Both the position numbers and the translations under genes were made by a program. From Candidatus Latescibacterota bacterium (lineage in GTDB: Bacteria; Latescibacterota; UBA2968; UBA8231), in assembly GCA_965243025.1 (NCBI GenBank), contig CBDETY010000003.1, positions 2,080,001 through 2,144,000 of the forward strand: a stretch of DNA of 64,000 bases. Direction: 5' to 3'. Positions 37,462-46,975 of the stretch are shown here, piece after piece. Position 1 is the first letter of the stretch; each line of letters opens with the position of its first letter. Below the pieces are notes generated by a model. That model saw only the letters and a program-made list of their open reading frames with translations, had not been told where the DNA came from and ran no database searches.

Positions 37462-38658
37462 TCAACCATTCGACCCCACTGCGCTCCGCAGCGGCCCCGC
37501 CAGGTCGCCGCGCCCCTCTACCATCACTTCGGTGAGCCCCAGCCAGGCGGCCATCGACCCCAGCTGCACGGCAAGCCCGGCAGCGACCTCCCCGGCTTGG
37601 CAACCCTCCTCCAGGTACGCACCCCGGACGATGAGGACGCGGTTCGCCCGGTCCGCCTTGAGGTCGACGCGACCCGCCAGCACCTCCCCTGTCAGGAACG
37701 GAAAAACGTAGTAGCCGTAGCGCCTCTGCGGCGCCGGGACGTAGATCTCGATACGGTAGCGGAAGTCGAACAGGCGCTCGGTCCGGTCCCGGAACCAGAT
37801 CAGGGAATCGAACGGGCTTAGCAGGGCCCTGGCCCGCACCTGCCGGGGAATCCGCGCGTCGCGGTGCAGGTAGGCGGGCCGGCTCCAGCCTTCGACCCGC
37901 ACCTCGGCAAGCTCCCCTTCCTCCACCAGCTCACGGACCCGGGGCTGCGCCTGCGGCGCGCGGATGCGGTAGTAGTCGGCGAGGTCGGCCAGGGTGCCGA
38001 CGCCGAGGGCGCGGCCGGCAAGGCGCAGAAGCCCGCGCAGGGCGTCCTGCTCCGGCGGGGAGGGCGCGGCCAGCAGGCGGGGCGGAATCACCCGCTCGAC
38101 CAGGTCGTAGACGCGCACGAAGTTCCCCCGCCTCATGGCCGCCAGCCGGCCGGTCGCGAAAAGCCACTCCAGGGCGAGCTTGCCGTCGCTGCGCCCCCAC
38201 CAGGGCCGGTTGCGGTTGCGCCCCGGGTCCTCGAGGTCCGATACCGCCAGCGGCCCCCGCCCGGCGACCTCGCGGTAGATCGCCTCCACGTAGTCGCCGC
38301 GCTCCCGCGCGAACGAATGCATCGCCCCGGACCGGACCTCCTCCATGCGGTGCCGCAGGAGCGGAAAATGCCCGACCGGCAGCAGCGACGCCTCGTGCCC
38401 CCAGCCCTCGAACAGCCTCCCCTTGCCGTACGCGTACCCGTCGAAGCGGTCCTGAGGGTACGGGCCGAGGCGGGAGAACGCCGGCATGTAGTGGGTGCGC
38501 ACCGCGACGTTTACCGAGTCGAGCTGCACGATCCGGACACGGCCGAACAGCCGGTCGAAGTGGCGGCTGTCGACGCGTCCGGCCGGGGGCCGGTCGGCGA
38601 ACCCCTGCGCGGCCAGCGCGATGCGGCGGGCTTCCCTGTTGGACAGCTCAGTCTTCAT
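37462..38658 (-). CDS. YcaQ/AlkZ-family (HTH_42) interstrand-crosslink DNA glycosylase
   Basis: ARRIALAAQG, VQLDSVNV (QxD), HEAS, LLSPFD, YRIEIY. Confidence 0.88.
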   Translation of the reverse strand: MKTELSNREARRIALAAQGFADRPPAGRVDSRHFDRLFGRVRIVQLDSVNVAVRTHYMPAFSRLGPYPQDRFDGYAYGKGRLFEGWGHEASLLPVGHFPLLRHRMEEVRSGAMHSFARERGDYVEAIYREVAGRGPLAVSDLEDPGRNRNRPWWGRSDGKLALEWLFATGRLAAMRRGNFVRVYDLVERVIPPRLLAAPSPPEQDALRGLLRLAGRALGVGTLADLADYYRIRAPQAQPRVRELVEEGELAEVRVEGWSRPAYLHRDARIPRQVRARALLSPFDSLIWFRDRTERLFDFRYRIEIYVPAPQRRYGYYVFPFLTGEVLAGRVDLKADRANRVLIVRGAYLEEGCQAGEVAAGLAVQLGSMAAWLGLTEVMVEGRGDLAGPLRSAVGSNG

Positions 38659-38831
38659 TGCGATGCCCGGCAATGGAAATCGGACAGGTTCCGGCAAAGT
38701 TGAAATTGCATTTGAATGAAAACAACTTTTCCAATCCCGTTTGCACGAACGCAACCGTTTTTGAATGGCGATTCCCTGTTGCCACAGCCCCTTTTCCGGC
38801 GCCTGAAAGGCGCCGCCTATGAAAGCGATCG

Positions 38832-39281
38832 ATGTCGATAACGATCTACAGTGACGGCGCCTGCTCGGGAAACCCCGGTCCGGGGGGCTGGGCGGCCCGC
38901 CTGAAGTACGCCGACGGCCGCATCCGCGAGCTGGGCGGGCCCGAGCCGGACACCACCAACAACCGCATGGAGCTGCGGGCGGCCATCGAGGGGCTGAGGT
39001 TCGCCGGACGCGGCGAGCCGGTCACTATGGTGACCGACAGCGAGTACCTGCTGAAGGGGATCACCCGGTGGATCCACGGCTGGAAGAAGAAGCAGTGGAA
39101 GACCGCGTCCCGGAAGCCGGTGCTCAACCAGGACCTGTGGAGGGCCCTCGACGAGCTCAACGGCAGCAGCGTCAAGTGGGCGTACACCCGCGGCCACGCC
39201 GGCGACCCGGACAACGAGCGCTGCGACGAAATCGCCCAGGCCTTCTCGCGCGGGGAGCAGCCGCGGCTCGAGGGCGGCTGA
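38832..39281 (+). CDS. rnhA: Ribonuclease HI
   Basis: YSDGACSGNPGPGGW, TTNNRMEL, TDSEY, GHAG..NERCD. Confidence 0.97.
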   Translation: MSITIYSDGACSGNPGPGGWAARLKYADGRIRELGGPEPDTTNNRMELRAAIEGLRFAGRGEPVTMVTDSEYLLKGITRWIHGWKKKQWKTASRKPVLNQDLWRALDELNGSSVKWAYTRGHAGDPDNERCDEIAQAFSRGEQPRLEGG

Positions 39282-39290
39282 CCTTCCGGA

Positions 39291-40055
39291 TCAGACCCAC
39301 CTCCACACCCAGTACGCGGCATAACCGAAGTACTCCTTGAACGCCCGGGTCGAGTAGCGCAGCCAGCGGGCATCCGGTACCAGGCGGAACAGCGACCACC
39401 CCTTGGGCACCACGACGATATCGGTCGGGGCCGGGAACACGGACAGTCCCTCGCGGGAGAAAGCTGCCGCAGCCCGGCGCATGTGGGACGCGGAGGTCAC
39501 CAGGAGAATGCGGTTGGCGCCCATGCCGCGCAGGAGCCCGGCGCAGGCGGCGGCGTTCTCCCGGGTGGTGCGGGAGGCGGTCTCGAGCAGCACCGTTTCC
39601 TCGGGCACGCCGTACTCCAGCGCCAGCCGTTTCATCTGCTCCGCTTCGCTCATGGGGCCGCCCATGCTGCCGCCGCTGAGGAGGATCACCGGCGCCTTGC
39701 CGGCTCGCAGCAGCCGCATGCCGTGCAGCAGGCGGTCGAATCCCTCTTCCGCGTGGACGGAGACCCGCGGTGCGACCGGCGGATCCGTGAATCCACCCAG
39801 AACGACGATGGCTTCGGCCTCGGGGTGCGCTTCGGGCTCGAGGAGCTCGAAGTCGTTCTCCAGGGATCCGAGGAGCAGGCCGGCGACCATCGGGGTGCTG
39901 AAGAGGAGGAGGAGCAGGATACCGGCGGCCGCGCAGGATCCCGCCCATCCCCTGCGCCGGCGCAGCAGGAACCAGAAGGCGGCGACCCAGAGGGCGGTCG
40001 AGATGCCGAGGGGGCTGAGAAGGGGGGTGAACAGCTGCGACAGGAAGAAATACAT
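39291..40055 (-). CDS. YdcF/ElyC (DUF218) family membrane protein
   Basis: N-terminal TMs, IVVLGG, SGG, SEA, SRTTRENA, LVTSASHMRRA, KEY. Confidence 0.9.
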   Translation of the reverse strand: MYFFLSQLFTPLLSPLGISTALWVAAFWFLLRRRRGWAGSCAAAGILLLLLFSTPMVAGLLLGSLENDFELLEPEAHPEAEAIVVLGGFTDPPVAPRVSVHAEEGFDRLLHGMRLLRAGKAPVILLSGGSMGGPMSEAEQMKRLALEYGVPEETVLLETASRTTRENAAACAGLLRGMGANRILLVTSASHMRRAAAAFSREGLSVFPAPTDIVVVPKGWSLFRLVPDARWLRYSTRAFKEYFGYAAYWVWRWV

Positions 40056-40182
40056 CGGCGCCCGATTTAACCCCGGGGAAAACCGAATCGTTCAGGGCTG
40101 CGGGGAGCCTGAAGTCCGGCTCCACATACCGGGACCTCCGCGCCCGGGGGCCGGCCCTTCGGGATCCGGGGTCCTTCGAAGC

Positions 40183-40911
40183 CTATTCCCAGGTCTTGCC
40201 GCCGTCGGTCGACATGCGGGTGCGCCCCTTCCACCGGGCGACATCGTCCCCGGAGTCGACGTCCGCCCGCTTGGTGACCGCAACCTCCACCCCGACCTCG
40301 CCGCTGCCGTCGGGCCGGTTGGTTTCGATGCGCACGCTCTTGAACTGGAGATCCTCCCCCTCGAGGGCGCGGACGACCTCGCGCTGAACCCGCATCTGCC
40401 GGACTTCGAGCGCCTCCCGGCTGATGCCGCTCACCTTGAAGCGGATAACCAGCTCCCCGAGATCGGGGTCGAGACTGATGCCGTAGAAGTCCCCGAACTC
40501 GGGGTCGATGACCCGTTCCGCGGCGGCCGTATGGCGGTGGAGCGTCGCCCGCGCCGGGCGGCGGACCAATGGCTCGCGAGCGCTTTGCTCCTCCTTCCGG
40601 TCCGGTTCCCGAAGCCGCTCTACCACCTCCTCTCCCGGCTCGAAACCCCGCAGCGACGGCCCCCATATCCAGCCCTCGACGTTGATCCGAACCCATTTCC
40701 CCTCCCGTTCGAGCTCTTCGACCTCGATCCCCTTGACAAGGGTCCCGATCTGCTCGCCGTTGGGGCTCGAGCGGATGTTCTCCACCGGCTTTTCGACCTC
40801 GAGCCGGCGCGCCCCGAGCAGGTCGTCCACCCCGATGGCGAGAGTCGCCCCCGCCACCGGGACCGCGAGGAGAGCGCGGCAGAGGCTGGCTTTGAGTATT
40901 GTGCGTTTCAT
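40183..40911 (-). CDS. Exported hypothetical protein with SH3b-like domain
   Basis: Signal-like N terminus; ENIRSSPNGEQIGTL...GKWVRINVEGWIW. Confidence 0.7.
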   Translation of the reverse strand: MKRTILKASLCRALLAVPVAGATLAIGVDDLLGARRLEVEKPVENIRSSPNGEQIGTLVKGIEVEELEREGKWVRINVEGWIWGPSLRGFEPGEEVVERLREPDRKEEQSAREPLVRRPARATLHRHTAAAERVIDPEFGDFYGISLDPDLGELVIRFKVSGISREALEVRQMRVQREVVRALEGEDLQFKSVRIETNRPDGSGEVGVEVAVTKRADVDSGDDVARWKGRTRMSTDGGKTWE

Positions 40912-41092
40912 GTCGTAAACCCCCTGTGCTGCCCTGGTTTTATGGACCGCGACCGCAGCCGTTGCAAGCCCCGGCAGATCCCGGTCTCGATTACCGCATC
41001 GGCATGATGCACCCCTGTCAGGAAACGGGTGGCGCAGGTTTCCGGAAAACGGAGTGAAATGGCTGCTCCGGGAGCCGCGCGCATTCCCCGGC

Positions 41093-41242
41093 CTACTGGC
41101 CCTGGGTGACCCGTTCGGCGATATCGGTTGCGTAGTAGAAGAGTACGGTCAACCCCGCGGCAATGGCGACGGCAAGGCCGACCAGCAGCCAGGCCTCGTA
41201 CCTGGGCGGACGCGGAGGGGGCCGGTTTTCAAGACCGAACAT
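41093..41242 (-). CDS. Small single-pass membrane protein (49 aa)
   Basis: MFGLENRPPPRPPRYEAWLLVGLAVAIAAGLTVLFYYATDIAERVTQGQ; one TM helix, purine-rich upstream sequence. Confidence 0.55.
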   Translation of the reverse strand: MFGLENRPPPRPPRYEAWLLVGLAVAIAAGLTVLFYYATDIAERVTQGQ

Positions 41243-41391
41243 GGGTGCGGCTCTCTTCGTCGGTTGGTATGGCGGAATCCCCCCGGAACAGCGGGACCGC
41301 CATCGAAAAGTCGTTTTCGGGAGCAGACGGGGCAATCGCCGGTATCTCGTCAGGGCGGGCCGGCAGGGTTCCGGCATCCCCGTAATTTCGA

Positions 41392-41420
41392 TTGACACTT
41401 CCCGACCCCTCCGCTACCGT
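41392..41420 (+). promoter_or_regulatory. Putative sigma70 promoter
   Basis: TTGACA (41392)-17 bp-TACCGT (41415), 47 bp before ATG 41468. Confidence 0.55.
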
Positions 41421-41467
41421 CACGCGAACCTGTTCCTGAAACGGCCTCGAGCCCGCTATCGCCCCCC

Positions 41468-42154
41468 ATGCTCTCCTTCCGCCGCTCCGCGGCGATCGCA
41501 CTCGCAGCGGTTGCCGCCTCGGTACTCATCCCCTGGACCGCCGACGACATCGAAAGAAACTCCGCTCTCGACATCGAGCTGGTGCGCTCCGGCAAGGTCG
41601 AGTTCAAAGGGATCGAGGCGACCTTCGAGGAGCTGTCGCGGGCATATGCCCTGACGGTCTTCTCCGAAGCGGAATTCCTCGGCTGGTCGGCGGTCCCGAA
41701 CCCGACCCATCCCGAGGCGGAGGCCCTTGTCACCTGCCGCTTCCGGGTCGCCGGAGCGGCCCCCGGTTCTTCCCCTGCCGGCGCCGCCCCCCCGCAGGTG
41801 CGGCACCGCGCGGGCCCGCTCGATGTCACCTGGCGCCTCAACACCCTCGCGGGGATCGGGATCGCCCCCCACGACGATGGCGCGCGCGACGCCATCGCCA
41901 ACTTTCGCAACACCGTCGAGGACTTCCTCGACCGCCTCGTTCTCGTCGGCAAGGAGGACGCCTTCCTGCGCGGCGGTCCGGGACCGGGGCACCCCGTCGT
42001 CGACACCCTCGATCCCGGAACCCCACTGTTGCGGGAGGAGACCGCCGGGGAATGGACCCGTGTGAAGCCCGCCGGCTCCGGCATGCAGGGAACCACCGCC
42101 GCGAGCGGCTGGCTGCGCAGCGAACACCTGGGCCTGCTGCCGGAAATCGATTGA
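41468..42154 (+). CDS. Exported hypothetical protein with C-terminal SH3b-like domain
   Basis: Signal/TM N terminus; AFLRGGPG.GHPVVDTL..GT......GEWTRV...GWL. Confidence 0.7.
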   Translation: MLSFRRSAAIALAAVAASVLIPWTADDIERNSALDIELVRSGKVEFKGIEATFEELSRAYALTVFSEAEFLGWSAVPNPTHPEAEALVTCRFRVAGAAPGSSPAGAAPPQVRHRAGPLDVTWRLNTLAGIGIAPHDDGARDAIANFRNTVEDFLDRLVLVGKEDAFLRGGPGPGHPVVDTLDPGTPLLREETAGEWTRVKPAGSGMQGTTAASGWLRSEHLGLLPEID

Positions 42155-42208
42155 CCGATCCCGCCGGCCCCGGGAATCCGTTCTGTCTGGCCGGGAAGAG
42201 AAAAAAGC

Positions 42209-42238
42209 TTGACGAACCGGGTGCAGGGCCCTTAGCCT
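42209..42238 (+). promoter_or_regulatory. Putative promoter of the cobalamin operon
   Basis: A-tract, then TTGACG (42209)-18 bp-TAGCCT (42233), upstream of the riboswitch. Confidence 0.5.
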
Positions 42239-42284
42239 GTATCAGCGGCCTGTTGCGGCAGGCCCGGTTCAAAAACAGCTGTAA

Positions 42285-42474
42285 CGGTGCAGGTGTCCGC
42301 TGCCGACGGCAGCGGAAGAATAGGGAAGGCAGTGAAAATCTGCCGCGGTCCCGCCACTGTGACCGGTAGAACGGCCCCCGGGCCGTAACGCCCCCGGCGT
42401 CAGCCACTGATCCCCGCGATCGGGAAGGAGCCGGACGGCGATCCACCGGAAGCCAGGAGACCTGCCTGCGACCG
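42285..42474 (+). ncRNA. Cobalamin (AdoCbl) riboswitch
   Basis: Conserved elements AGGT...AATAGGGAA..GTGAAAATC...CCCGCCACTGT...AGCCACTG...GGGAAG...AGCCAGGAGACCTGCC (B12 box), upstream of B12 uptake genes. Confidence 0.96.
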
Positions 42475-42511
42475 AGGTGAACGGAATCCTTCGGCAGAAA
42501 GGTGGTCACCG

Positions 42512-44785
42512 GTGCCCGGCACCCCGACCCGCTCTCGAACGAGGGCGGGTTTTTTCATTTCCCCCCTCCTCGCCGGCCTGTTGTCGGCCCTGCATCCCCA
42601 GGTCCTTGCGGCCGGGGTCCTGCAGGGAAGGCTGGTCGACCAGGAAAGCGGAGCCCCCGTTTCAGGGGCGGTGGTGACCCTGCGCGCCCCTTCCTCGGGG
42701 CAGGTGCATTCCACCCGCAGCGACACCTCCGGCTTTTTCCGCCTCGAGAACCTCCCTCCGGGAACCTGGAATCTGCGCCTGGAACGGCTGGGGTACCGCC
42801 CTGTGCGGCTTCCCTTCCGCATTGGCGCCGGACCCGCAGCGGTCGAGTGGCGGCTCGAGCCCATCCCCCTGCTCGTGGACGAAATGATCGTCCGCGCCCG
42901 CCGCCATCCCGCCGAAGAGCACGTCGCCGCCTTCGTCGAGACCATTCCCCTCGACGGTCCGCGCCCCCCGGGGGCGGACCTCGCCCGCACCCTCGACCGC
43001 GCCGCCGGAGTCAACGTCCGCCGTTACGGCGGACTGGGCAGCTTCAGCACTCTTTCCATCCGCGGCTCCACGGCCGAGCAGGTGCTGGTCTTCCTCGACG
43101 GGGTTCCCCTGAACAACGCCGCGGGCGGCGGCGTCGACCTGGGGGGGCTGCCCGTCGGCGGCCTGGCCAGCGTCGAGATCTACCGCGGGGCGGTGCCCGA
43201 GCGCTTCGGCGGCAACAGCCTCGGCGGAGTGGTCCACCTGCGCACCCGGCCGCTCGGGAGCAGCCTCCGCACCCTTTTCAACACAGCCAGCGGCTCCTAC
43301 GGCACCCGCCGGCTGGGGGCCTCGATCGGCGGACCCTGGAAGGACTGGGAGTACCTGGGCCTCGTCGACTACCGGGCAAGCCGCAACGACTTCCGCTTCC
43401 GTGACGACAACGGCACCGAGTACAACGACCGGGACGACGGCTGGGCGCGGCGGCTCAACAGCGATTTCCGCGGCCTCCGCGGCCTCGCCAAGATCGGGCG
43501 CCCCCTCGGGGCCGGCCGCCTGCAGATCCACTCCACCTTCGACCTGAGCCGCAAGGGCATCCCCGGGATCGGCAACAACCAGTCCCTGCACACCCGCTTC
43601 GGCACCTGGCGCCACATCGCCGAGGCGGGGCTCTTCGGTCCGCTGGCGCGCGGCCGCGCCGGGTACCGGCTCAAGGCCCACCACACTCTCTCCGGGGAGG
43701 AGTACCGGGACCTGCACGGCGAAGTCGGGGTGGGCCGCCAGCACGACCGCAACACCACCCGGAGCCTCGGCCTGCGCGGCGAACTCAACAGCCTGCTGCC
43801 GGGCCGGTCCCTGCTCACCGCCTTTGCCGCGGTCCGCAGGGAGACCTTCTCCCCCGACGACCTGCTGCGGAACGACAGCCGGCTCCTGCGCAGCCGCCGC
43901 CGGAGTGTGGCGGCCGGCACCGAGGTGGAGGTGCCGCTGGGGCAGCGGCTGACCCTCAACGCCGGCACCCAGGCGGAAGCTCTCGAGGACCGCTTCTTCG
44001 ACCGCAAGAACTTCGCTCCCAGCGCCGTGCTGCCGAGCCGGGACAACCGCGAAATCCTCTGGGGATACCGCATGGGGGCGACTGTGAACCTGGGGACCGG
44101 CCTGTCCTTCAAGGCTCACAACGGCCGCTATGGGCGCGCGCCCAGTTTCTTCGAGCTCTTCGGCGACCGGGGCGCGGTGATCGGCAATACCGGTCTCGCC
44201 AGCGAACAGGGGAGCAACCGGGATATCGGCCTGGTTTTCCGCGGTCCGGCCGAAAGAACCGGGCTGGTCCTGGCCGAGGCCGTGTACTACCGCAACCGCG
44301 TCGAGGACCTAATCCGCTTCATGCAGAACTCGCAGCGGGTGTCGCGGCCCCACAACCTGGGACGCGCCTTGCTGCAGGGAGTGGAAACCCGCGCCGAGGC
44401 GCGGATGTCGTCGGTCCTGGAGGTGCGCGGCAGCTACGTGTACCAGCGCGCCGAAAACCGCACCCCGTTCTCTTTCGAACGGGGCAACGACCTGCCCAAC
44501 GCCCCCCGCCACCGGCTCGACACGCGCGTGACCCTCGACCTGTACGGCAGGGAGATATACGGAGAATTCAGCCGCGAAAGCAGGCACTTCCTCGACCGCG
44601 CCAACCTGCGCCCGGTGCCGGTCCGGGCCCTGTTCAGCGTGGGCGGCACCGTGCCGCTGGCAGGAGACCTCGCTCTTTCCTGGGAGCTGCGCAACCTCGC
44701 CGACAACCGGGTCGCCGACCTGTGGGGCTACCCGCTCCCCGGCCGCTCCTACGGGTTTTCGGTGCAGTATGCCGGCCATCCGTAA
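42512..44785 (+). CDS. TonB-dependent receptor (BtuB-like) with N-terminal carboxypeptidase-regulatory-like domain
   Basis: Signal peptide; GRLVDQESGAPVSGA.V..; plug SIRGS..QVLVFLDGVPLN, VEIYRG; NLADN..GYPLPGR; directly under the B12 riboswitch. Confidence 0.9.
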   Translation: MPGTPTRSRTRAGFFISPLLAGLLSALHPQVLAAGVLQGRLVDQESGAPVSGAVVTLRAPSSGQVHSTRSDTSGFFRLENLPPGTWNLRLERLGYRPVRLPFRIGAGPAAVEWRLEPIPLLVDEMIVRARRHPAEEHVAAFVETIPLDGPRPPGADLARTLDRAAGVNVRRYGGLGSFSTLSIRGSTAEQVLVFLDGVPLNNAAGGGVDLGGLPVGGLASVEIYRGAVPERFGGNSLGGVVHLRTRPLGSSLRTLFNTASGSYGTRRLGASIGGPWKDWEYLGLVDYRASRNDFRFRDDNGTEYNDRDDGWARRLNSDFRGLRGLAKIGRPLGAGRLQIHSTFDLSRKGIPGIGNNQSLHTRFGTWRHIAEAGLFGPLARGRAGYRLKAHHTLSGEEYRDLHGEVGVGRQHDRNTTRSLGLRGELNSLLPGRSLLTAFAAVRRETFSPDDLLRNDSRLLRSRRRSVAAGTEVEVPLGQRLTLNAGTQAEALEDRFFDRKNFAPSAVLPSRDNREILWGYRMGATVNLGTGLSFKAHNGRYGRAPSFFELFGDRGAVIGNTGLASEQGSNRDIGLVFRGPAERTGLVLAEAVYYRNRVEDLIRFMQNSQRVSRPHNLGRALLQGVETRAEARMSSVLEVRGSYVYQRAENRTPFSFERGNDLPNAPRHRLDTRVTLDLYGREIYGEFSRESRHFLDRANLRPVPVRALFSVGGTVPLAGDLALSWELRNLADNRVADLWGYPLPGRSYGFSVQYAGHP
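42527..42555 (+). terminator. Intrinsic terminator (riboswitch expression platform) inside the 5' end of the TonB receptor ORF
   Basis: ACCCGCTCTC-GAAC-GAGGGCGGGT stem followed by TTTTT. Confidence 0.8.
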
Positions 44786-44943
44786 ACCCGCCGGAATGAG
44801 TGGGTCCGAACTTCATGCCACCCGTTTCCCGGGAACCGGGGGACATCCGCAGCCCCGTTGTTGCCACCCGACTTTGGCGCCAGCCACCAGGCTCCGCTCA
44901 TGTCATCCGACCACACAACCTTATCGACAAGAGGAGGATTTTC

Positions 44944-46359
44944 GTGCACCGATGTTTCATCGCCGCCGCTTCAGCCGCCGGATTGCTGCTTTTGGCGGGC
45001 CCGGCCCGGGCTGAGAGCGGTCTCTTCGTCGTCACCACCGACTATTCCACCGGCAGCACCGCCTTCCTGGCCGCGGGCGCGTCCGAGGCCGAGGTCAATC
45101 TGCTGGGCATTCACTCCGATGCTGTGGGGCATTACCACGACGGCCGCGTCTATGTCGTCAACCGGCTGGGTCAGGACAACATCCTCGTGCTCGACGAGGG
45201 GGATCTGCGCACCCCCCTGGCCCAGTTCTCGGTCGGCAACGGCGCCAATCCGCACGACATCGAGGTCGTCGCCCCCGGAAAGGCGTACGTGAGCCTCTAC
45301 GACAGGGCCTCCCTGCTGATCGTCGACCCCCGCGACGGAGCCGAACTTGGCGAGATCGACCTGAGCGCTTTCGCCGACGCCGACGGCCTGCCCGAAGTGT
45401 CGCAGATCGCGCGCGTCGGCGAGCGGCTCTACCTCAGCTGCCAGCGGCTCGACCGCGACGGGGGGTGGGGGCCGGCCGACATCAGCTACCTGATCGCCGT
45501 CGATCTCGCGACCGACACCCTGGTCGACGTCGACCCGGACGCCGAGGGAGTGCAAGGCATTGCGCTGAGCGCCTCCAACCCCAACAGCATGGTGGTGATC
45601 GGGGAACGGATCGCAGTGGGAGTGGTGGTCAACTTCGGGGACCGGTCCGGGGGAGTGGAGATCGTCGACACCGCCGCCGACCGCAGCCTCGGGCTGGCGG
45701 TCAGCGAAGAGGACCTCGGCGGCGACATCACCTCCATGGTGCTCGTCGACCCGGGCCGGGGCTACGCGGTGGTCGCCGACGAGAACTTCGCCAACAGCGT
45801 GCGGCCCTTCGACCTGTCGAGCGGCAGCGTCGGCGCCCCCCTGGAAAACATCAGCGGCGGTTTCGTCCCGAACCTGGCCGCGGACGGCGACCGCCTGATC
45901 GTCGCCGACCGCGGCTCCTTCGACGATCCCGCCAGCGCCGGGCTCAAGTTCTACGACGCGGCCACCGGAGCGTTCCTGCGCGGCCCGGTCGACACCGGCC
46001 TGCCGCCGTCGAGCATCGTGGTTCTCAGCGACGCGACGGTCCCCACGGCCGTGGAAGCGGCCACGGGGGGTTTGCCGCAGGTGTTCGCCCTCGAGCCGGC
46101 CTGGCCCAATCCCTTCAACGCCTCGGTGCAGATCCCCTTTTGGGTCCGGGAGGGGAATACCGTTGTCGAGCTGACCGTTCACGACGTCCTGGGCCGCACC
46201 GTCCGCACCCTGGCCTCCGGCCCGGCGGCCGCGGGGCGGCACGTCGTCCGCTGGGACGGCCGCGGTCAGGCCGGGGAGCCGGTGGGCAACGGCGCCTACC
46301 TCGTGCGGCTGCGCGCAGGTGGCAGAGCCGCTGTCGCAAAGGTGATGTTGCTGAAATGA
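44944..46359 (+). CDS. Secreted YncE/BtuG-like beta-propeller protein with C-terminal FlgD-Ig / T9SS-type sorting domain
   Basis: GAGGAGG RBS and GTG; signal peptide ending ARA; blade-like repeats (VYVVNR, NPHDI, KAYVS, RLYLS, RGYAV, RLIVAD); tail PNPFN...VHDVLGRTVRTL...WDGR...GAYLVRL...KVMLLK. Confidence 0.8.
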   Translation: MHRCFIAAASAAGLLLLAGPARAESGLFVVTTDYSTGSTAFLAAGASEAEVNLLGIHSDAVGHYHDGRVYVVNRLGQDNILVLDEGDLRTPLAQFSVGNGANPHDIEVVAPGKAYVSLYDRASLLIVDPRDGAELGEIDLSAFADADGLPEVSQIARVGERLYLSCQRLDRDGGWGPADISYLIAVDLATDTLVDVDPDAEGVQGIALSASNPNSMVVIGERIAVGVVVNFGDRSGGVEIVDTAADRSLGLAVSEEDLGGDITSMVLVDPGRGYAVVADENFANSVRPFDLSSGSVGAPLENISGGFVPNLAADGDRLIVADRGSFDDPASAGLKFYDAATGAFLRGPVDTGLPPSSIVVLSDATVPTAVEAATGGLPQVFALEPAWPNPFNASVQIPFWVREGNTVVELTVHDVLGRTVRTLASGPAAAGRHVVRWDGRGQAGEPVGNGAYLVRLRAGGRAAVAKVMLLK

Positions 46360-46405
46360 ACAGCGGCCCCGCGGACAAGGGGCCACAACAGGAGAGGGAA
46401 CAGAG

Positions 46406-46975
46406 ATGGTTACCCTGTCGAGGCTCTACACCAGAACGGGGGACGCCGGCATGACGCGGCTGGGCGACATGTCGCAGGTCCCCAAGACAAGCCCCCGGAT
46501 CGCCGCGTACGGGTGCGTGGACGAGCTTAACTCCGCAATCGGGCTCGCCCGGTCCTGCGGCGCCGCGCACGACGACGTCCTCGCCCGGGTGCAGAACGAT
46601 CTCTTCGACCTGGGGGCGGACCTCTGCGTCCCGCAGGGGGACGCGGAAGAGAAAGAGCGCCTGCGCGTGCAGCCGCGGCAGGTCCTTTTCCTCGAGCAGC
46701 AGATCGACGGGCTGACGCGCGGCCTCGCTCCCTTGCGGAGCTTCGTCCTGCCCGGGGGACGGCTGCCTGCGGCCTGGCTCCACCTGGCGCGCACAGTCTG
46801 CCGGCGCGCCGAGCGCGCAGCCTGGCAGCTCGCCGAACAGGAGCCGGTCGGCGAGCCCGTCCTGCAGTATCTCAACCGGCTTTCCGACCTGCTCTTCGCC
46901 ATGGCGCGGGCCGCCAACGACGGCGGCGAAGCGGATCTGTTGTGGGAGCCCGGTAAAGGCGCGGCCGATGAGTGA
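46406..46975 (+). CDS. pduO: Cob(I)alamin adenosyltransferase, PduO type
   Basis: LYTRTGDAG.T, YGCVDELNS, QNDLFDLGADL, FVLPGG, ARTVCRRAER, YLNRLSDLLF. Confidence 0.95.
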   Translation: MVTLSRLYTRTGDAGMTRLGDMSQVPKTSPRIAAYGCVDELNSAIGLARSCGAAHDDVLARVQNDLFDLGADLCVPQGDAEEKERLRVQPRQVLFLEQQIDGLTRGLAPLRSFVLPGGRLPAAWLHLARTVCRRAERAAWQLAEQEPVGEPVLQYLNRLSDLLFAMARAANDGGEADLLWEPGKGAADE

